64,000 nucleotides of DNA from Chrysomallon squamiferum. Lineage: Eukaryota; Animalia; Mollusca. The stretch spans positions 4,526,001-4,590,000 of the forward strand of contig CM022679.1 of assembly GCA_012295275.1 (NCBI GenBank), written 5' to 3'. The translations under genes and the position numbers were made by a program. Positions 54,629 through 64,000 of the stretch are shown here, piece after piece. The notes under the pieces were generated by a model that saw only the letters and a program-made list of their open reading frames with translations, did not search any database and was not told the origin of the DNA. How positions within the stretch are numbered: position 1 is the stretch's first letter; every line of letters begins with the position of its first letter.

Positions 54629-56055
54629 AGAAGAAAAAAGAAAAAGAAACAAAATGAAATAGTCTTCTCTGATAGGGCTGAACAGTTACATCACTGAATG
54701 ATTAAAACATCGATCCCAGACGCAATCATAAAAAACAATAATTAAATTTCACTTTGTGTCATTATTACATTACCTAATCATTAGGTTGTAGTCATAATAA
54801 TTTAAAATGTTAGCTGTAATTGGCATGAAAAATGTAATTGCGTAGGCCTAATTTGATGCAAGCAAGGTCAAATCATAGTACCCAACCAAAAAAAAAAGAT
54901 ATATATATCTTATATGTTTTATGTAAAGATCTGGTAATCATATATATACATGGTATATAGTCATGTGATTTAATTCGTATAAAATGAATGACCAATCGAA
55001 ATTCAACATTTTGCCGGATATGTTATTAACAAACTTGGTAATGTATATTTACTTTTCTTTTTTACTTTTCTACTAGTTTTAATATTAATACTGATACTAC
55101 TAATATTTGTAGTATCAGTATTAATATTAAAACTACTACTACTACACTGTCGACTGTTGTTACGATTATCACCATCTTTACTATCATCACTTTGTATTAT
55201 CCCATTGTACATATGTATAAATCCTTAAGTGATATTTGTAAATAGCGTATATACAAATACTGTATATGTAAAGAATATTTTTCATATCTTAAAACTGTGC
55301 TGAATTTTTTCAAGCGATAGAAATGTTTCTTGTTCCATTTTTTCTAAGTCTTTTTTTTTTTTTTTTTTTTTTTAAGTTACGATACATGTATATATTAATT
55401 GTCATTTTCAGTTCTTAATACTAAATTTTTCTAATCCATGTTCAATTTTTAACGATGGTTTTAATTTTCAGTTTCTTCATGAATGCTGAATTCCATGTAC
55501 ATACTGTATTAATATATCTTTAGTCATTACTAAATATTTACCGAGTGTTAGTCATTTTTATCCGCTCATTCGTAACACTGACAATTACCTACTTTAATTT
55601 CTTTACTGCTGAATATTGTCATCATTTTATATTTTCAGATTTAGTGATAAATATTTACACATATCACATTTTCATAAGATTTCTACTATGTATTTCAACA
55701 AAATACATTAATACACCCTCGAATTGAATACTGACAATATATTTTCCTAATATTTTCCTTATATTAAAATTTTACTTCATAGTATAGAACATAACAATAC
55801 ATAATGCATTCAGTTTCTATGCATTTTCCATATGCAAATATTTTTCCCGTATAACATTTTCAGTATATTTTCAGAATATTTTCAGTTCATAATAATAATT
55901 TTTCTTCATGTCTTTTTTCATACATTACCTTTTCCGTTCAAATTTATAAGAAATTTAGAAGAAAAAAAGGAGAAAAAATTGTTAATTTATACACGTAATT
56001 ATAATGTGACCTTGCTTGCATTAAACTGACTAGAGAGAGATTTAATAAAAATGAC

Positions 56056-56158
<103 letters not shown>

Positions 56159-56378
56159 CATTATTATTATTACTATTATAAAAAAATATATTTAAATAGT
56201 ATTCTTGCAATAAGTGCAGAATTTGAAATAAATTTATACATCATTTTCAACATTATTTAGTAGAAATCAAAGGCTTTTTTATCTCATTTTTTCCAATATA
56301 TTTATTTATTATTATTTTTTGAGGACACTGTTTTAAAAGAAAACTACAAAAGATCGTACATTCGTATGAATTCATTTC

Positions 56379-56437
<59 letters not shown>

Positions 56438-56519
56438 TTTTTTTTTTTTTTTTTTTTTAGGAACACTATTTTAATATTTATAATTTATTTATTATTATTA
56501 CTATCACTATTACTGTTGA

Positions 56520-56571
<52 letters not shown>

Positions 56572-56864
56572 GGTATTCCATTTCACTTTTGGAAAAAACC
56601 GTATATAATTTCTTATATTTTATATTTATTTTTCTTTTATCATGTTGGATTTTATCATGCACTAGATATATACATTATTTTATATATAAATAATAATGTT
56701 TGTTTTTTTCACACTGTAATGTTTTGCCACTTTCTGTTACAGCGTGTCATTTTGTTACTTCACAGAGTATTTGAAGTTTAGTTATATAAATTAGAAATAT
56801 TTTTTCTTGTCTTTTTTCAAATAATATTGTCTTTATATTCAAATATATATATAAGGACTTTTAA

Positions 56865-56912
<48 letters not shown>

Positions 56913-57851
56913 ATTATTATTATTAATGTATTCTTTGTACAAACATATATATTAATACTTATAATCACATTATACTAATTTTGTAACATTATACGTATAT
57001 TGGAGTAGCGATGCAAACGTAATGAAATATGTTTTGAATTAATTTTGAAAATAACGTTCTGCTGTGTCCGATTCTAGGCGATAACCATGCTGAGAAATAA
57101 AAATATTCAGGCATGTAATAAACAAGAAAACAATCGTTATGTTTGCTAACAATTATATATATGTTAGCCATATACTTAATTATTATCTCTAATTAAAGAA
57201 AGTCATTTTCTTGAGTGCTCAGTATTTCTATTAAATTAGATTTATGCAGTTGTCATACAAAAATGAAATTAATGAATCAATATATTTTTTTAACTTATTT
57301 TTAATATATATTTTAATTTTGTTTTTATTATTTATTTATGTATTATTATTATTTTTATTTTTTTAACAGATTTAATATAGAATATAGTGTACCAAACATT
57401 TCATGGAAAATAATGGGGGAAAAAAATGTGAAAGTAGTTTGATGATTTGATACTTAAACAGAATTATAAAGAACAAGCTCATGGTTTATATACACCTCTA
57501 CGTAACAACAGTACGAAAGCAATGCTTGTATTTTTTTATTTTTTTTGTTGTTGTTGTTTTATGAAAATTGATTAACGATATTTCTCAGCAAAAAGTAGTA
57601 GTGGGTTCAGTTTTGTAAGAAATAAAATTTATATTAAATGGATTTGCTGAACTAAATCTCAATCAGAATTAATCTAATATTCAGTGTAATTCACAATTAA
57701 GTGCAGTAAATATAGAGTTTATTACAAATAATCCCTTCAAAGTCAATTATTAACTAAGCTTGTTTTAGTATATAAAATTATTTTAATATTGTGTTCCTAC
57801 ATTATAGCACTGAGGGAATAATTTGTAATGTTTGTTCTTGTTTGGTTTTTT

Positions 57852-57894
<43 letters not shown>

Positions 57895-58582
57895 TTTGTT
57901 TGTTTGTTTGTTTCTTTCTTTCTTTTGTTTTATTTGGTATTTGCGGGGGTGTATTGGGTTTTCTGTTTTGTAATTTAATGCTAGACATATTCAGATATAA
58001 TATGGGTTACTGAGATAATATATTCAGTTAATTTTCAAATTTATAAAATCAAATTATTCCCTATTTTGAGTTCTACTAACAGGAAAATATATTATCCAGC
58101 TAGTGTATTATTTTAATATGTGTGTTATTCAGATAAATATTACCTTATTAAAAGAATAAATAACTGTATTAGACTTTTTGCTGTTGTTGTTTTTAAATTT
58201 ATTTTTTATTTTTAACCTAACCACCGTTATTTACAGTTTTATACACTAAATAATTAATTTCGAAAATGAATAAAAATTAAAGTTTAAAAAAAATTTGGTT
58301 GACCGTCGTAGTTGTGTGTATGTGTGTCCATATATTTCTGTTTGGGTGTAAATGTGATTTGTGAGTTTATATATTTGTATGTATGTATGAATACATTTTT
58401 TTTTTTTTTTTTGATTGAAAAAAAAAAAAAAAACAAAAAAAAACAGATAAATAAACAAACAAACAAACAAACAAAAATATAAAAGACAAGCTCACTAGTT
58501 CAAGCACAGGTTTATTATTTACTATTTATTACAAACACTGAAATCTCACAACAGGTGAACAAAGAAAAACATGAACAGTTTG

Positions 58583-58682
58583 TTAGAAGACAGGACATTT
58601 GTTAGCGGGATTCATTGTCGAGTACAATCGACATCTGTGGACGATAAGTGGACGGAAATTCTTCAGGGTTTCATTGATTCAG
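58583..58682 (-). pseudogene. Relic of M13 peptidase terminal exon (duplicate of 31886-31985)
   Basis: ...LKNFRPLIVHRCRLYSTMNPANKCPVF*. Confidence 0.7.
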
Positions 58683-60484
58683 GAAATAGAAAGGAAAGAA
58701 GAACTGAATGAATGAATGAAAAAAGAAGTAATACATGAATGAATGAAGAAACTGAACGAATGAATTAGTCAGTAAATAGATGATAAAATGATTAAATGAA
58801 CATATAAGTCAATGAATGAATGAGAAAACAAAGAAAGAGTTATTGATAAAAATAATAATAATGTGAAGGAATAAATGAACCAGTAAATAATGGTTTTATA
58901 CATATTTTCATAGTCAGTGCAGCCGAAAGTGAAGCTTTTAAGTAGCATTGTATCTCACACACAAACACAATCACGCACGCACACACACACATGTATATAT
59001 CACATTATATGTATGGAATTATTAATACTTTTTGAACAGTTTGCAGATTACCGTATGTATAGTGTATAAGTGTGGCTTCATATATATAGTTGATAATTTT
59101 TTATTAGCCAGGGTGGGTATGAAAAGCATATTTTGTTCTTTATTTTTATTTTTATTTTTTTTCGGGGAGTATTGTTTTTTGTGTATGTGAATACACTACA
59201 TCCTTGAACAAAAATAAAACTGAACTAATTTGCAAGTTTAATAAAATAAAAATCTCTGATCTCTCACAGTTTTATAAGTACGCTTGATTAAGATTTCTGA
59301 CAAACGACCTGACTTCAAACCAGGAAGAGGCGAAACGATAAAGCTTATCATTCAAATGGAAATGTGTAGAGGTCCTTAATATATGACGTATTTGAATCTC
59401 ATTTCTGTGTGCATAGGTGCTTTGGAGAGGCGTTCGCTCGACAGGATCAATAACAACAGTTTATTTTTCCAGATACGTCGATATGAGCTATGAATCCAAT
59501 AAAGAAATGACCCAGCACAAGTGTACAATCCAAAATAAACACAACAATTATAAACATATTTATAAGTCACATTTATTACATTTTATTTTTTATCTAAGTC
59601 CAGATATGTTTAAGCGATTGTTCAGTGTGTAATATAGTCAGTGCTAGTAGTGTACATTTTACTGAATACTTTTGTATCGATTTTCAGTGCAATACCTGTG
59701 GTGTCATTAATGCGCAAGCCACTTTTATAAATACAGTAGTCTGAACACATTCATAAACTCACATATGTAGACTATTATTATTATTATTATGGTATTTTGG
59801 GGAGTTACACAATACTAAAAAGAACATTATGTTTTTCTTTATTTTTTTTTTTTTTTTTTTTTATTGTTCTATGTTGTCGTTGTTGTTTATTTGTTTGTGT
59901 GAGTATCTGCTTATGTGCGTTCGAGCGTGCATGAGTGTGTAATTTTTAACTGCTTGCAATATATCTCAAAAGCCAACGCAAGCACCGGATTAAAGGATTA
60001 AATTTTATATTCAGTAAGTTTAACGCGTTAGCGGTTACATACATAATGTTCTAGAAGACACGGGTGATAATTTTTCAGCGAAGAACAATAAACTGAAGAT
60101 AAAAATAATTCTAGCTGACTTCACGGAGGATACCCGGATACTTTTTTTCTCCTGACAAAAACTTAGAGGTGTATTTTCATTGGCTCATATATTTTTTCTT
60201 CCCTTTCGTTTGTTTGTTGGTGGGGTTTTTTGTGTTTTTTTTTTTTTTTGTTATTGTTGTTGTTTTCATACATCATACACTTCAAATCAGTAACGGATAA
60301 TAACTGGAAAACTTAGCAATACATAATAAATTAAACAAACAAACAAAAAAACAAACAAACAAACCCAAACTCGTAAATAAAACACAAGCTCACCAGTTCA
60401 AGCACAGGTTTATTATTTATTAATTATTACAGACACTGAAATCTCACAACAAGTCAACCCCAAAAATAATAATATGAACAGTTT

Positions 60485-60545
60485 GTCAGGAAGATAGCGG
60501 GACTCATTTTAGAGTGCAGTCGGCATCTGAAGGCGTATGTAAATA
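60485..60545 (-). pseudogene. Deleted relic of M13 terminal exon (duplicate of 33185-33250)
   Basis: ...AFRCRLHSKM... Confidence 0.55.
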
Positions 60546-62029
60546 GAAGAAATGAATGAATGAATGAATGAATGAAAAAAAAAGAATAAATGAATGAACA
60601 AAGAAAATGAACGAATGAATTAGGCAATAAATAAATGATAGAATGATTGAATGAATAGATAAATGAATGAATGAATGAGAAAAAACAACAAAAGAACCTG
60701 TTACTGACCGAAAAAAAAAATAATAATAAAGGGAGTGAATGAACGAGTCAGTAATAGCTTTATATATATATTCATAGACAGTACAGCCGAAAATGAACCT
60801 TTTAACGAGCACTATATCTAATCATTATAAAACGACAACAACACCAATAACAACAACAACAACAATAATGATAACAAAAAATATAAGAATGAAAATTAAT
60901 TAACTATACTAATTTTATTAGTTTTTTAATAGTGTTACTCTAGTTTAATATTTTCTATTCAGCTGGGAATAATGAAAATACTGAATTTATTGTTAAAACG
61001 TACAAGTGTGGAGATTGTACTGAAAAGATATAATAAAAAGAGTAGACCAAGCGTATCTGCGATATGTGACACATTCGAGTTTCAAAACAAACAAACAAAC
61101 AAACAAATAAATAAATAATGCCATTGCTGGGGTGGGAAAAGAGGCGTTGCTGGTTTATGTTCCCCAGAGAATCTGTTGGTCTGTTCATTGTGGCTGAATA
61201 CACAACATCCTTGAACTAAAATATAACTGAAATAATTTACAAGTTTAGTCAATATCTCTGATGACAATTGCGTAATTAAGCTTTACTAAGATTTCTGAGA
61301 AAGAACGTGACTTTAAACCTTAACATACAACTCGAAATGTATTGAGGTGCTTAATGTATGACATATGTCAATCTCATCTACTTGTGCATTCGTGCGTTAC
61401 AGACACACCCACGATCGAATCGGTAATGACAGTGTACACGTCGACATCAAATATCTAGTAAAGAAGTTAGCCAGCAGAAATATACAATGCAAATAAACAC
61501 ATAGTTATAAACACGTGAATAAGTCACCACATATTTGTTATTTTAAGTCCAGTTAGTTTTAAATGAGTGTGTTCAATTGTTCAGTGTATTACCTATAATA
61601 CATTCAGTGCTAGTAATATATACATCTCTAAATAAGTTTATATCAGTTTTCAAGTTAATACGTGAGGTGCTATTCATGCGCAAGCAACATATATATACGG
61701 TAATCTGTAAACTGTTCACACAGAGATATATACACAGTGACATTCTTACACACATACACACAGACATACACGAATAGAAACTAATATAACACATACATAC
61801 ACCAACATAAATACACACTATATATACAGGTGACGGAAATAATCAAACGATATATATATATATATATATATATAATGGATTTGTGAATAATTCAACATAT
61901 ATAGACAGAGAGAGTTAACAATATTATTAGCCAGGGTGTGTGTAAAAAGAATATTAGGTGTTTTATGGGGGGTTTGTTTTTGTTTTAATTTTTTTGTGTG
62001 TGTGTTCGTACGTATGTGCATGGGTGTGT

Positions 62030-62659
62030 ATGTTCAAGCTGCTGGCCTCAGCTTATCAACTACTACTCCATCTGACATCCGGTGAAGCCGTTGTCGTTCT
62101 TCTAGCTACAGTCGATGTCAGACAGTACATTGCAAGCGTCAGTCATGCAGTGGGGAGGGGAGCAAATCTCATTCCTTTGTTATCCACGTTTTCGTCCGAT
62201 GACGTTAGCTGCGGCGACTTTGTCAAGAGCAACGGAACTTCAATTCAGACGTCATTAGATCACTGCTTGTGTCCACTGGATGTCATCGAGGATCTTGTCA
62301 GCGCTGAGAAATTCAGAAACATTACTAGAAATGAGATAATCATGGTCGAAGATGGCTTTTCCGTATCTCTGAGACAGCTGGGAAAGGAAACAGGTTGTAA
62401 ATTTGATATCACAAGAGCAGAGGACGTGGGGTGTCGTTCAGAGATTCAGTTGAGTTTGTGGAATAGTCCAAAAGAAAAGTAAATGACACTTGAACTGACG
62501 TACAACACAAATCGTACATCTCCTAACCGTGCCAAAACAGTTATAAGGGCTCTTAAAGACATTGTTATTAAAATTGCCAACGACGTTTCTCTCACGATTG
62601 CAAGTCTGCGGAGCATAGGAAGCTTTGAAGAGATCAACTCACACGATGCTTATCTGTAG
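62030..62659 (+). pseudogene. 5'-truncated PKS C-domain pseudogene fragment (duplicate of 34774-35403)
   Basis: Same breakpoint and the same premature TAA (62480-62482). Confidence 0.88.
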
Positions 62660-63111
62660 AGAAGAAAATGAAAAAAGAAAATGAAATAGTCTTCTCTGAT
62701 ACGATCGAACAGTTTTATCACTGAAAGACTAAAACGTAGATCCCAGAGGACATAATATTTAAATTTGACTTCGTGCCAATGTGTAATGTTATAAAATTAC
62801 AGAATCACTAGGTAGTAATTAGTATAATTTATCGTTACCTCTGTAATTGGGATGAAAAATGTAATTGTGTAGGGCTAATTTGATGCAGGCAAGGTCAATT
62901 CGTAATACTGACCTGATAATGTTATATGATTTATGTGAAAATATGGTAATCATTTGCAAAATGAAGTATTATATTTTTGTAGAAGTATTATATTTCCATA
63001 AAAAGATAAATATTTATTATAAACAGGTATATAGTAATGTAATTTAATTGTTTTATTTAGTATTTTCTAAAAAATGTTATTCTTAATAAAAGAATGACCA
63101 ATGGAAATTCA

Positions 63112-63165
<54 letters not shown>

Positions 63166-64000
63166 GCATTCCTTTTATATCGGACATGATATGTACAAAC
63201 GTTCCAATTTATATTCACTTTTCTATTTTTATTATTATTAGTAGTAGTATTAGTATGAACATTAAATTGACTACTACTACTATTATTTTTTCTACTATTA
63301 TTACGATTATCAGCTTCTTTATCATTATCAGTTTGGATTATTCATTCCATTGTACATTGTAAGATTTTCTTACTATCATTTTTCATACATCAATTTGGAT
63401 TATTCATTCTATTGTACATATCTATAAATTCTTTCGTGAAATTGTAAATATCGGCTATACAAATACCGTATTTGTAAAGAATATTTTTCATATCTCAAAA
63501 TTGTGCTGATTTTGTTCAAGCGATGTAAGAGTTTTTCTTTTTTTCTTTTTTCCATTTATTTATTCTAGTTGTGAATTTTTGAAGACGATTTTTATTTTCA
63601 GTTTATTCATGAATACTGAATATCATGTACGTGTTCTATTAATATAGTTGTTTTTAGTCAGTGCTAAATATTTACCGTGGGTTAGTCATTTTTAACCGCA
63701 TATACATAATCTTGAATATTATCAGTTTCAGATTTTTTACTACTGAATAATGTCCTCATTTTATATTTTCATATTTTCAAATATCAGCATGGGTCACATT
63801 TCTGCTGAGTATTTCAAAACAATACATTAATACATCCAACGAATTGAATACTGACAATATATTTTCCAAATATTAAATTTTTTCTTCATAGTATTGAACA
63901 TTAACAACACATTACGTTTTCAATTTCCATGTACTGAATATTTTCACACATTATATTTTCAGTTCGCGGTACTCAGGATTAACAACACATTATATTATTC

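Overview
AT-rich, microsatellite-laden, intron-containing animal genomic DNA, probably lophotrochozoan or molluscan (inferred from gene content, not proven). Left to right: (1) a complete 7-coding-exon BFAR gene on the minus strand (907-15675, about 448 aa, RING-TM-SAM-TM); (2) a claudin/PMP22-like tetraspan gene with a duplicated first coding exon (23333-26603), with a frameshifted two-exon cadherin remnant between the two copies; (3) a 200-N scaffold gap; (4) a tandemly duplicated animal type I polyketide synthase locus. The full PKS copy (44113-54628, about 2,540 aa) has the architecture KS-AT-DH-pseudoKR-pseudoER-KR-ACP-condensation-like (C) domain and two frameshifts in its 6.7-kb last exon. 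Its C domain has NNxxxD in place of the catalytic HHxxxD. Three more copies of the C-domain region lie at 27058-27887, 34774-35403 and 62030-62659, produced by nested duplications (offsets about 7.5 kb and 27 kb) with signs of sequence exchange. A four-exon neprilysin (M13)-like fragment and five inverted relics of its last exon are interleaved with the PKS copies. At three separate exons, the exon/intron donor junction has itself been amplified into an intronic minisatellite. All coordinates, splice models and family assignments were read by eye, with no alignment or database search.
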